From contig JBDROZ010000070.1 in assembly GCA_043809585.1 (NCBI GenBank), positions 79,122-143,121 of the forward strand: 64,000 nucleotides of DNA, given 5' to 3'. This document shows positions 42,450 through 51,812 of the stretch, piece after piece. Each line of letters opens with the position of its first letter. Within the stretch, counting starts at the first letter, position 1. This DNA comes from Candidatus Eiseniibacteriota bacterium (GTDB lineage: Bacteria > Orphanbacterota > Orphanbacteria > Orphanbacterales > Orphanbacteraceae). Position numbers and translations under genes: made by a program. The notes under the pieces are model-generated. The model did not search any database. It was given only the letters and a program-made list of their open reading frames with translations, and had not been told where the DNA came from.

Positions 42450-44135
42450 GTGACGAAGACGGATATCGCGACGCCCCTGCACGGGGCCCTCTCGATCGAG
42501 GAGATCCGGGACGCGCTGACGGAGAGGGTCGACTCCGCGGGAGGGGGAGGTTGGGCGATCCTCTTTCACGACGGCCGGGCGGGCCGGTTCTCCGTCCGCG
42601 TGAGCGACCCCGATCTCGGGCCGGAGATTCCGGCGTCGGCGACGGAAACCCTCCTATCCATCTACAAGGGGGAGCGGTTCGGCCGCCTCTCGGCCCGGGG
42701 GGGGACTCTCCTGGCTCCTTCCCTCCCGCCGGTGCGCTTCTCCGCCCCCCTCGAGTTCCGGGGAGAACGGTACGGTCTCTTCGTCCTGCTCGGCGACCGC
42801 GATTTCGAAGAGGGACCGTGGGACGATGCCGCGAAAGCGCTGTCGGTCGAGCTCGTGAAGCTCGAGATGGCGGGAGCGGCGGACGAGGAAGCGGCGACGG
42901 CGCGGACCAAGCTCGACGCGCTGAACGAGGCGGGAGATCTGGTGCGCTATGTCGATCTCGATGTCCTGTTGCCGAAGCTGATGGAGCTTTCGCTTCGCAT
43001 CATGGACGCTCAGGTCGGGGCCGTGGTGCTCGAGGAGGAAGGGCGCTTCCGGACCGGCGTCGAGTGGGGACTCACGGAGGAGGTGGCGACGGGGCTCCGC
43101 ACGAGGGACGGCGGCTCGTTTCTCCGGGCCGTGATCGACGGCGGCGTGCCGCTCCTGATCAACGACGGCGCCGAGTCCGATCGGATAGACACGCGCGGCG
43201 TGAAAGTGAACATACGCTCCCTCCTCGCTGTCCCCCTGGTCACTCCCGTGCACGCCCTCGGGGCGATACTCATCGTCAACACGGACCGGGACGCCCTGGA
43301 CGCGGCGCATTCGGAAGTGCTCGCGACGATCGCGAATCTCGCTTCCGGCGCGATCGACAACGCCCTCCTATATAAGAAAGCCCTCGAGACGGAACGGATT
43401 TCCGCGGAAATGCAGCTCGCGAGGCGGATCCAGCAATCCCTCCTCCCCCTCGGGCCGCCGGAACTCGACGGTGTCCAGCTCGAAGGGTGGAGCATTGCCT
43501 GCAGCGAGACGGGCGGCGACTACTACGACTTCATCGACATGGGGGAAGGGAAGACGGGGATCGTCATCGGCGACGCGACGGGCCACGGCATGGGGGCGGC
43601 GCTCATGATGTTCATCGTCCGGTCGATCCTCCACGCGCTCCTCACGAAGAGCCGGGATTTGGTCGACATCGTGTCGACCATGAACACCATGGTGGAGCGG
43701 GACACCCAAGACGACCGGTTCATGACTTTCTTCTTCGGCGTCCTCGACCGGAAGTGCCGGCGCCTCGTCTACACGAGCGCGGGCCACGACCCGGCGATCC
43801 TCTACCGCCCGGGGGAGGGGAAGTTCACGGAGCTCGAAAGCACCGGCGCGCCCCTCGGCATCGTGGGGGGCGCCGAGTATCCGGCGGAGGAGATCATCCT
43901 GAAACCGGGCGACTGCCTGCTCTTCGGAACCGACGGTATTTGGGAGGCCCGGAACCCCGAAGGGGAGGCGTACGGCCTCGAGAGGCTCCGCCGGATCATT
44001 GCGGAATTCCACGACGAAGATCTCCGCGAGATCAGCCGCCGCGTCAAAGAGGACGTGATCCGCTTCCGCGGCGACGGCCGGCAGAGGGACGACATCACCG
44101 CTGTGTTCATGAAGCTGACGGACGGCGGGGAGTGA
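42450..44135 (+). CDS. GAF + SpoIIE/PP2C serine phosphatase (RsbU-like)
   Basis: ARRIQQSLLP, GGDYYDF, IGDATGHGMGAALMM, SAGHDP, TDGIWEA, QRDDIT. Confidence 0.92.
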   Translation: MTKTDIATPLHGALSIEEIRDALTERVDSAGGGGWAILFHDGRAGRFSVRVSDPDLGPEIPASATETLLSIYKGERFGRLSARGGTLLAPSLPPVRFSAPLEFRGERYGLFVLLGDRDFEEGPWDDAAKALSVELVKLEMAGAADEEAATARTKLDALNEAGDLVRYVDLDVLLPKLMELSLRIMDAQVGAVVLEEEGRFRTGVEWGLTEEVATGLRTRDGGSFLRAVIDGGVPLLINDGAESDRIDTRGVKVNIRSLLAVPLVTPVHALGAILIVNTDRDALDAAHSEVLATIANLASGAIDNALLYKKALETERISAEMQLARRIQQSLLPLGPPELDGVQLEGWSIACSETGGDYYDFIDMGEGKTGIVIGDATGHGMGAALMMFIVRSILHALLTKSRDLVDIVSTMNTMVERDTQDDRFMTFFFGVLDRKCRRLVYTSAGHDPAILYRPGEGKFTELESTGAPLGIVGGAEYPAEEIILKPGDCLLFGTDGIWEARNPEGEAYGLERLRRIIAEFHDEDLREISRRVKEDVIRFRGDGRQRDDITAVFMKLTDGGE

Positions 44136-44190
44136 CGGCGGCGAACCCGATCGGACCCGTCGGTTCGCCCCTTCGAGTTCGTTCCCGTCT

Positions 44191-44922
44191 TTACGAAAGA
44201 CCGAAGATCAGAAGCGCCGTCTCCTCGGGGAGGGAGCGATAGAGACGGAGCGCATCCTCTTCGGGGAGGGTGATGCGGAGCCGGACCGTGTCGCCGCGCA
44301 GGGCTCGGACGGCCTCGTCGAAGCGATCGGCCACGCGCGTACGCCAGGGCTCGGCGGCTCGGGCGCCCGAGGAATCGGGGGTGGGGATCGCGCGTACGAC
44401 GACCGTGAGCCCTCCGGGGTAGCGGATACGAAACGTCGCGGGGACCGGTATCAGTTCCTCTGCCGTAGGCGGAATCGGCATGAGGGGCGGCGTCTCTTCG
44501 CCGGCGCCGGGCGACTCGGGGGCCTCGACCTCGATCCGCTTCAGCCGGCGCTCGGGATGGAGCCGGCCGCCGGTCCAAACGCGAAGGCCCCACGGCCCGG
44601 CGGCAGTACGACTACGGAAGGCGCGTCGCGGACTCCCGATCTCGATGTGGTCGACGCGGTATTCATCGAGCGTTGCGCCCTGCAGCATGAGGGCGGCGGA
44701 TCCATCGACCACGTCCAGCCGCAGGTAGTATCTCCGGCCGGAGATCAAGTCATCGGGGCCCGACACGCCCTCGTCCCCGGCGCTCTCCATCGCCGCTGGC
44801 AGGCCCACAAGCGGCAGGAGGGCGAGAAGCAACCACGCACCGAATCGGCCGAGCCAAGGAGAACGGCGCGGGTTCGCCGGCCGGCCGCCGGTGTCAAAAG
44901 ATGTAGATCGGGGTTCCCACAT
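44191..44922 (-). CDS. Exported protein resembling a degenerate (Cys/His-less) YkuD domain
   Basis: TM/signal segment; YYLRLDV..ALMLQGATL and RLRITLPEEDALRLYRSLPEET mimic the YkuD termini; start uncertain. Confidence 0.55.
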   Translation of the reverse strand: MWEPRSTSFDTGGRPANPRRSPWLGRFGAWLLLALLPLVGLPAAMESAGDEGVSGPDDLISGRRYYLRLDVVDGSAALMLQGATLDEYRVDHIEIGSPRRAFRSRTAAGPWGLRVWTGGRLHPERRLKRIEVEAPESPGAGEETPPLMPIPPTAEELIPVPATFRIRYPGGLTVVVRAIPTPDSSGARAAEPWRTRVADRFDEAVRALRGDTVRLRITLPEEDALRLYRSLPEETALLIFGLS

Positions 44923-45607
44923 GAACCGCCCTCCAGACATTCCGGAGATCGTCCCGGCCGAGGCGGATGCAACCATGCGTAACGCTCCGCCCGAGGAGCC
45001 TCTCGTAAAGCGTGCCGTGGATCATGTAGCCCCTGCCGAAGTGAAGCGCGTACTCGCCGAGCGCCGCGTTGTCGAAACGCTCCGAAGGGTCGGAGGGGAC
45101 GGCCTTTCCCTCTTCGAGAAACGCCCAGTCGGGTTTCCGCCAGACCGGATTCGATTGTAGTTGCTGGATGCGGAAGACTCCCTGGGGCGTGTCGAAAATC
45201 CATCGCCTCTCGCCGTGGGAAAAAGCGATCCCGGATCCGCACGAGCAGATCGCCGAGAAAAGAACGCGGTCGCCGTCGAGGAGCGAGAGCCTGTTGTGGG
45301 TGCGGTCGATGACGATGTATTTCTCCTTCGGCGCCGCGCGGCGGAGTTTCGCGATGACCCGGGCACGCTCCGATTCCAGCGCGCTTCTCTGGGGCGTGTC
45401 CGACGACGCCGGAGGGGACCCGGCCGGCGACGCGCTCGCCTCCTCGTACTCGAACCCCGTGCCGGCGAAGAGGGCGGCGAGTCCCGCGAGAACCAACGCG
45501 GCGGCCGCGAAGGCGGCGACATGCCACCGCCGGCGCGCCGCGGAGGGGTCGCGGTTCCGGCCGCGAAGGAGAAACGACCTCATCCGGGAAGACACGAAGG
45601 TCTTCAT
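44894..45607 (-). CDS. L,D-transpeptidase (YkuD family)
   Basis: YIVIDRTHNRL, DTPQG, YMIHGT..THGCIRL..GTPIYIF. Confidence 0.92.
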   Translation of the reverse strand: MKTFVSSRMRSFLLRGRNRDPSAARRRWHVAAFAAAALVLAGLAALFAGTGFEYEEASASPAGSPPASSDTPQRSALESERARVIAKLRRAAPKEKYIVIDRTHNRLSLLDGDRVLFSAICSCGSGIAFSHGERRWIFDTPQGVFRIQQLQSNPVWRKPDWAFLEEGKAVPSDPSERFDNAALGEYALHFGRGYMIHGTLYERLLGRSVTHGCIRLGRDDLRNVWRAVHVGTPIYIF

Positions 45608-46770
45608 CTCCCGGCTCCTCGAATCGAACGGAAACGGGTGACGAACGGGGCGAATCGGTCCCCGTGGCCGTTGCTGCCGATAATCGTCACCGGAGTTCCG
45701 ACGGACACGGCGTCGAACACGTGGTCCATTTCGTCGTTCTGGAGGGCGATGCAGCCTTTGGTCCAGTCGGTGCGGCGGCCGCCGTCGCCGTGGATTTCAA
45801 TCAGGCTTCCGGGTGTCGCCCCGCTCTCGAGCCGCCCGGCTCTGCGGGCTTCCTGGAAGCGTCTCCGATCCTCCTCGTTCGGGTAGTCGAGGAGGAGAGC
45901 CTTGTAGTAACGCGACTGACCCTTGCTTTTCTTCTGTACCACCGTGTACTTCCCTTCGGGCGTTGCGCCGTCGCCGGCCCGAGTCTTGTCCGCCGTATTG
46001 TTGTACCCGATGTCGACGGCGTAGGTCTTCGATGCCTTGCCGGACCGATAGAGCGTGAGCCGGTGGGACGCCTTGGTGACTACGATCGCCGGCTTCCCGG
46101 TACGCCGCGACCATTCGATCGCCGCTTGCGCCGCCGAACTCCACTCCACCAAGAGAGACTTGTCGGCGTAGCGGTCCGCCCGGGCGGCGCAGCGGTCGCC
46201 GAGATCTTTCGCGATGTCCGCGGCCTTTCGGGCGAGGCGGGACGCCTCGGGGAAATCGTCCCCCTCCCAGGACAAGCGGGCGCGCGCAAGGGAGTCGCGG
46301 CACTCGCGCAAACGGTTCCGATCCTGGGCGGCAAGATGGATGTGGTCGGCGAAGGTGCTCACGGTGGAAACCAAAGCCTCCGCGCGATTGATGTCCGACG
46401 TCGTACGCGCTCTCAGGTCTAGCCGCAGGGAGCCGGCCTGTTCTCGCGCCCCGTCGAAGGCCTCGATCGAAGCGGCGAAAAGGCTCTCGGCGGCCGTGAA
46501 GTCGCGGAATGGAAGGAGGCGGATTTCCTGTCTTCGGAATTCGGTCAGGCCCTCGTCGAGTAAGACGCCGGCCCGCTCGAAATCGGCGGAGGCCCATCGC
46601 CCGCTCTCGTCGGCGCGCGCGCGCCTGCGGGATTCCTCCGCCGCTGTGCGGGCGGCCTCCGGGGGATGGGTTCGATCAAGGAGAGGAGGGATTAGGTGGA
46701 AAGCGCCGGCAGCGGCCAGCGACACGCCTGCGGCCGGACCGATCAGGATGATCCATCGTCGTCGTCTCAT
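45604..46770 (-). CDS. YkuD-family protein (YafK/DpaA-like) with N-terminal helical region
   Basis: KTRAGDGATPEGKY, LLDYPN, IEIHG..WTKGCIAL.N. Confidence 0.9.
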   Translation of the reverse strand: MRRRRWIILIGPAAGVSLAAAGAFHLIPPLLDRTHPPEAARTAAEESRRRARADESGRWASADFERAGVLLDEGLTEFRRQEIRLLPFRDFTAAESLFAASIEAFDGAREQAGSLRLDLRARTTSDINRAEALVSTVSTFADHIHLAAQDRNRLRECRDSLARARLSWEGDDFPEASRLARKAADIAKDLGDRCAARADRYADKSLLVEWSSAAQAAIEWSRRTGKPAIVVTKASHRLTLYRSGKASKTYAVDIGYNNTADKTRAGDGATPEGKYTVVQKKSKGQSRYYKALLLDYPNEEDRRRFQEARRAGRLESGATPGSLIEIHGDGGRRTDWTKGCIALQNDEMDHVFDAVSVGTPVTIIGSNGHGDRFAPFVTRFRSIRGAGR

Positions 46771-46872
46771 CGATCCACCGGGCCCCGCACTTTCTCGCTT
46801 CTTCGAAGATCGAAACGGAGGGCGGAGCGCCGCGGCGCGAACCGCCGCGCCCCGCCCGGGATGAGACGAGTT

Positions 46873-47511
46873 CTAACGCGCCTTCGAAGCCGGACGTGAT
46901 CCGGCCTTCATCTGGATCGCGTTCGAAAGATCGGACTTTACCGAATTGCCGGTCGTTATCGCGAGACCGGCGGATTTCTGGGCGTCGAGGTACTTTTCAC
47001 TCGCGAATTCGTTGGCCGCCTGGTCGAGAGTGATCTCCATCGACGCCAGATCTTCCTTGAGGACCTGAAGGTCGAGGGCGCTCCCCTTGGCGGACGGCGC
47101 CTTCGCGATCATTCCCCCTACCTCGAGGAGGAGGCTCCTCGCCGACTGAATGAGGCGAGACGCTTCTTCGCGGGCCGACGCCTTGTTGTCGAGCGCAGCC
47201 TTCTCGACTTCGGTCGCCTTCACCGAGACGGACTCGGCCATCCGGCGGGCGTTGTCGTACTTTCGGGTGAGGAAGTTCTTGTCCCCTTGGAGCATCAACT
47301 CGCGATCGAGGGCTTTCTCCGACTCCTCGAGCGCAATGAACGCCTCGGGCGCATAAAGGGCCGCCTCCACCGACCGGGCCTTTTCTGCCCCGGCCTTGGC
47401 CGCGGTGATTTCTGTGTCGGGGCGCTTGGCGCATCCCGTCAATATGAACGAGACGGCGACCACAATGGTGGGCAGCAGGAGGAGAGGATTCCGCAAGGTT
47501 CTTTCGAGCAT
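46873..47511 (-). CDS. DUF4398-like coiled-coil lipoprotein
   Basis: LTGC lipobox; A..AR..EA..YAPE pattern; Ala-rich helical body. Confidence 0.75.
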   Translation of the reverse strand: MLERTLRNPLLLLPTIVVAVSFILTGCAKRPDTEITAAKAGAEKARSVEAALYAPEAFIALEESEKALDRELMLQGDKNFLTRKYDNARRMAESVSVKATEVEKAALDNKASAREEASRLIQSARSLLLEVGGMIAKAPSAKGSALDLQVLKEDLASMEITLDQAANEFASEKYLDAQKSAGLAITTGNSVKSDLSNAIQMKAGSRPASKAR

Positions 47512-47835
47512 GGTCGTACGCCCCCTGGGAGACGCATTCGGATGTCTGGTTTGTCGGGGGTTCGATGTGAAGTCGGGACCGCCCCGCAGGCGACGCTCCC
47601 CGTTTTGCAGAGACCCTACCTCCGACTCTTGGACTCTCCGAGGAAGTCGCGTTCCCGGTAGTGAGACCCCAAGAAGCCGGTCAAAGGCCCGGACAATGGG
47701 CAATCCAAAGTCGGGCGGGGGAGGGCCCCGGCCGGCCGATACGCCTCCCCGCTTTTCAAGGTCGGAAGCAAACATAACCGATTCTCCTCCCGGCCGCAAC
47801 CAAAAGCGGACGCATTTCGCCCGACTTTCCGGCCG

Positions 47836-47844
47836 TGCTATAAT
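47836..47844 (+). promoter_or_regulatory. Extended -10 promoter (TGcTATAAT) of leuS
   Basis: Ends 9 nt before the ATG at 47854; no SD. Confidence 0.65.
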
Positions 47845-47853
47845 TCCCGAATC

Positions 47854-50658
47854 ATGAAAAAGTACGACTTCGCGGCGATCGAGAAGAAATGGCAGGGGCT
47901 CTGGGAGGAGCGGGGCACGTTCCGCACCCTCGGACCGGGGGACGAGGGATTCGACCCCTCGAAGCCGAAGTTCTACGTGCTCGACATGTTTCCCTACCCC
48001 TCGGGGGCGGGGCTTCACGTCGGGCACCCCCTCGGGTACATCGCGACGGACATCGTGGCCCGGTACAAGCGGATGCGCGGCCATAACGTGTTGCACCCCA
48101 TGGGTTTCGATGCGTTCGGCCTGCCCGCCGAGCAGTACGCCATCGAGCACGGCGTCCACCCCCGGATCACCACGGAGAAGAACATCGCCAACATGGAGCG
48201 CCAGCTCCGAGACCTCGGGATCGGGTACGACTGGGACCGGGAGGTGGCGACGATCGAAGAGGGCTACTACCGCTGGACCCAGTGGATCTTCCTCCGGCTC
48301 TTCGATTCATGGTTCGACGGCGAGGCGAAGAAGGCCCGGCCGATCGCCGATCTCGAGGAGATGCTGGGGAAGGGCGATCTTCTCCCGGGGGCCGGGAACA
48401 TTCCGGTCCCACCGGGCGCCGAGGGAGAAGCCGGGCGCCGTTCCTGGTCCGATCTGGACACGGCGGACCAGCGGCGTTTCCTGGACGCCCAGCGTCTCGC
48501 CTACGTGGACGAGGTGCCGGTCAACTGGTGCCCCGCTCTCGGCACGGTCCTCGCGAACGAAGAAGTGACGGCCGAAGGGCGGTCGGAGCGGGGGAACCAT
48601 CCCGTATTCAAGCGTCCCCTGAAGCAGTGGATGCTCCGCATCACCGCCTACGCCGAGCGGCTTCTCGACGACCTGGACCTGGTCGATTGGCCCGAGGCGA
48701 TCAAGCAGATGCAGAGGAACTGGATCGGCCGGAGCGAGGGGGCGATGGTCGCCTTCCCCGTCGAAGGGTCGGAGGACGTGATCGACGTCTTCACCACGCG
48801 GCCCGACACGCTTTTCGGCGCCACCTACATGGTTCTCGCCCCGGAGCATCCCCAAGTCGACCGGGTCACCGTGGACGAGCGGCGCCCGAAGATCGACGCC
48901 TACCGGAAGGAAGCGGAGCGGAAGAGTGACGTGGACCGGCAGGCGGAGGCGAAGACGAAGACGGGGGTCTTCACCGGCGGCCATGCGATCAACCCGGTGA
49001 ACGGCGAGCGGGTGCCGATCTGGATCGCCGAGTACGTTCTCTGGGGTTACGGGACGGGGGCCATCATGGCGGTGCCGGCCCACGACGAGCGGGACTTCGA
49101 GTTCGCCAAACAGTTTTCTCTCCCCATCCGGCCCGTGGTGACGCCCGATGATCGATGGCTCGAGGAGCGGGGGGTGACGCGGGAGGCCTATCTCGCCGAT
49201 CCGTCCGCGCTGGGCGACGCGTACGCGGGGGAGGGGATCGGCGTGAACTCCGCGAACTCCGAGGTTTCCTTGAACAGAAAGGCGACGGCGGAGGCGAAGA
49301 AGGCGATCACGGCGTGGCTCGAAGGGAAGGGGATCGGCGAGGCGAGGGTGCAGTTCAAGCTCCGGGACTGGCTCTTCAGCCGCCAGCGTTATTGGGGCGA
49401 ACCGTTTCCGGTGCTGCACGGGCCGAACGGAGAGCTCCGGGCCGTCGACGAGAAGGACCTCCCCGTGCGGCTTCCCGAGATGGAGGACTTCCGGCCCGCC
49501 GTGAGCGACGATCCGGTGGTGCCGCCGAAGCCGTCGCTGTCGCGGGCGCCCGAAGAGTGGCGCGTGGTGGAGCTGGAGGGCGTTCGATACGAGCGGGAGC
49601 TGAACACCATGCCCCAGTGGGCGGGCTCCTGCTGGTACTACCTCCGGTTCATCGATCCGAAGAACGGCGAGGCCGTGGTGGACCCGGAAAAAGAGCGCTA
49701 CTGGATGGCGCCGAACGGTGTGGATCTTTATCTCGGCGGCGTCGAGCACGCGGTGCTTCATCTTCTATACGCGCGGTTCTGGCACAAGTTGTTGTTCGAC
49801 CTCGGGTACGTTTCGACGAAGGAACCCTTCGGTCGCCTGTTCAACCAGGGTTACATCATGGGGTACGCCTACACCGATTCACGGGGCGTCTATGTCGACG
49901 CGACGAAGGTGGAGGAGAAGGAGGGGAAGCACTACTTCGAAGGGAGCGAGGTCGAACGGAGTTACGGCAAGATGGGCAAGTCCCTGAAGAACGCGGTCAC
50001 GCCGGACGACATGGTCGCCGAATACGGGTGCGACAGCCTCCGCCTGTACGAGATGTACATGGGGCCCCTCGAGGTTTCGAAGCCGTGGAGCACCCACGAG
50101 ATCATCGGCGTTCATCGCTTTCTTCAGAGACTCTGGCGGAACTTCTTCGACGACAAAAGCGGAAAATCGCGCGTGACCGGCGATCCGCCGGACGAGAAGC
50201 TCCTCCGGCTCCTGCACAAGACGATCCACCGCGTCACGGAGGACATGGAGAACCTCCGGTTCAATACGGCGATCGCGGCGATGATCGAGCTGAACAACGA
50301 TCTCGTCGGGCGGGACCGGCTCCCCCGGGCGGTGGCGGAGTCCATGATTCTGATGCTCGCCCCGATCGCCCCCCACCTCGGCGAGGAGTTGTGGGAGGTC
50401 CTCGGCCACGATGGGTCCGTCGCCGACGCGCCCTATCCGGGGTATGACGAAAAGTACCTCGTGGACGACGAGATCGAGATCGTGGTCCAGGTGATGGGCA
50501 AGCTCCGGGGCCGGGTCACGGTCACCGCCGACGCCCCCGAGGAGATCGTTCGTGAAATGGCCCTCGCCGACCCCGGCGTCCGGCGCCACCTCGAAGGGAA
50601 GACCGTCCGCAAGGTGATCTACGTCCCCGGCCGCCTTCTCAACATCGTCGCCAACTAG
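47854..50658 (+). CDS. leuS: Leucine--tRNA ligase
   Basis: MFPYPSGAGLHVGH, FTTRPDT, GTGAIMAVPAHD, DWLFSRQRYWGEP, KMGKS; 934 aa. Confidence 0.98.
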   Translation: MKKYDFAAIEKKWQGLWEERGTFRTLGPGDEGFDPSKPKFYVLDMFPYPSGAGLHVGHPLGYIATDIVARYKRMRGHNVLHPMGFDAFGLPAEQYAIEHGVHPRITTEKNIANMERQLRDLGIGYDWDREVATIEEGYYRWTQWIFLRLFDSWFDGEAKKARPIADLEEMLGKGDLLPGAGNIPVPPGAEGEAGRRSWSDLDTADQRRFLDAQRLAYVDEVPVNWCPALGTVLANEEVTAEGRSERGNHPVFKRPLKQWMLRITAYAERLLDDLDLVDWPEAIKQMQRNWIGRSEGAMVAFPVEGSEDVIDVFTTRPDTLFGATYMVLAPEHPQVDRVTVDERRPKIDAYRKEAERKSDVDRQAEAKTKTGVFTGGHAINPVNGERVPIWIAEYVLWGYGTGAIMAVPAHDERDFEFAKQFSLPIRPVVTPDDRWLEERGVTREAYLADPSALGDAYAGEGIGVNSANSEVSLNRKATAEAKKAITAWLEGKGIGEARVQFKLRDWLFSRQRYWGEPFPVLHGPNGELRAVDEKDLPVRLPEMEDFRPAVSDDPVVPPKPSLSRAPEEWRVVELEGVRYERELNTMPQWAGSCWYYLRFIDPKNGEAVVDPEKERYWMAPNGVDLYLGGVEHAVLHLLYARFWHKLLFDLGYVSTKEPFGRLFNQGYIMGYAYTDSRGVYVDATKVEEKEGKHYFEGSEVERSYGKMGKSLKNAVTPDDMVAEYGCDSLRLYEMYMGPLEVSKPWSTHEIIGVHRFLQRLWRNFFDDKSGKSRVTGDPPDEKLLRLLHKTIHRVTEDMENLRFNTAIAAMIELNNDLVGRDRLPRAVAESMILMLAPIAPHLGEELWEVLGHDGSVADAPYPGYDEKYLVDDEIEIVVQVMGKLRGRVTVTADAPEEIVREMALADPGVRRHLEGKTVRKVIYVPGRLLNIVAN

Positions 50659-50936
50659 TGACGTGTCTGTCCCTCATGATGGAGAGTGGCCGTTCGCGTC
50701 TGTTCGCGGGAAGTTACGGACCTTCGGGGTCTCTTTGTCGAAGAAGAGGGGAAGCGGGGGACCGGAGTTTCTGTCATGAGGGGCGCCTCCGGAAGATGTC
50801 CACCGGACGAAAGGGGGACAAGGGGCTCGGGGACCTTCGCCGCGATGCAGAGGGGAAGGCGTTCTCTCGAATCGGTGGCGGATATTCTGCCCGCTGGTGG
50901 TCTGTTCTCTGCCGGTGGATAAGTTATACAGAGAAA

Positions 50937-51371
50937 TCAGCCGCCGAAGTCGATCCCCGCGGCGATCTTACGGGCGAGTTCGGCGCCCCGGTCGCCGTCC
51001 AGCTTCCCCGAATTCCACGTGATTCCAAGCCCGGGTCCGGCGTCGCCCTCGCCGAATCTCGGAATGATGTGGAAGTGGACGTGGTCGACGTACTGGTGGG
51101 CGGGGCGGCCGTTGTTCTGGAGCACGTTGAAGTGGACGGCCCCCGTCGCCTTCAGGACCGCCCGGCTGAGGGCCGGCAAGACTCGGCCGATCGCGGCCGC
51201 GGACTCGGCGGAGAGCAAGTCGATCGTCTCCGCCGGCTCCTTCGGGATCACGAGGGTGTGGCCCTCGCTGAGGGGCCCTATGTCGAGAAAAGCCATCACG
51301 AAGTCGTCTTCGTAGACTTTATGGCAGGGGATCTCACCGCTCAGGATCTTGGTGAAGATCGTCTCGGCCAT
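50937..51371 (-). CDS. HIT family nucleotide-binding protein
   Basis: TIFTKI, AFLDI.P...GHTLVIPK, HVHFHIIPR. Confidence 0.93.
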   Translation of the reverse strand: MAETIFTKILSGEIPCHKVYEDDFVMAFLDIGPLSEGHTLVIPKEPAETIDLLSAESAAAIGRVLPALSRAVLKATGAVHFNVLQNNGRPAHQYVDHVHFHIIPRFGEGDAGPGLGITWNSGKLDGDRGAELARKIAAGIDFGG

Positions 51372-51418
51372 GGCCTCCCTCCCCGCGGGCGGCCGGCGGG
51401 TGCGGCCGGCCCCTTCGG

Positions 51419-51598
51419 CTATCGGATCTCTTTGTGGATCGTATGCCGCTGGAGATGGGGGTTGTACTTCTTCAGTTCGAGCCGCGCCGAGTTCTTCTGC
51501 TTGTTCTTCGTCGTCGTATAGCGCGACGGCGGCTTGCCTTCCTTGCGCGCCTCGGTGCACTCGAGGGTCACCATGACGCGCACGCCCTTCTTGGCCAT
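51419..51598 (-). CDS. rpmG: 50S ribosomal protein L33 (59 aa, absent from the ORF track)
   Basis: [67 protein letters not shown]. Confidence 0.96.
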   Translation of the reverse strand: MAKKGVRVMVTLECTEARKEGKPPSRYTTTKNKQKNSARLELKKYNPHLQRHTIHKEIR

Positions 51599-51812
51599 CT
51601 CTCACACTCCTTCGTGAACAAACACCCCGGCCGGAGGTGTCCGTCTCCGCGAATCCGTTGTTGCCGCTCCGCTTCCGCGTGTGTGCGGACCCCCGAAGGG
51701 GGATTCACACAAACCAACAGTATAGCCCATCCGGGGGCCCGGGGAACAGCGGAAGTGGGTCTCGGCACAACTCATTATGAAACAATGACTTGGGGTCGCC
51801 CCCGGTACCGGC

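Noticed and set aside
47515-47830. Possible c-di-AMP riboswitch or T-box between the LDT operon and leuS
   Set aside because: Consensus elements not recognisable; the leuS promoter abuts its start codon. An Rfam/Infernal scan would settle it
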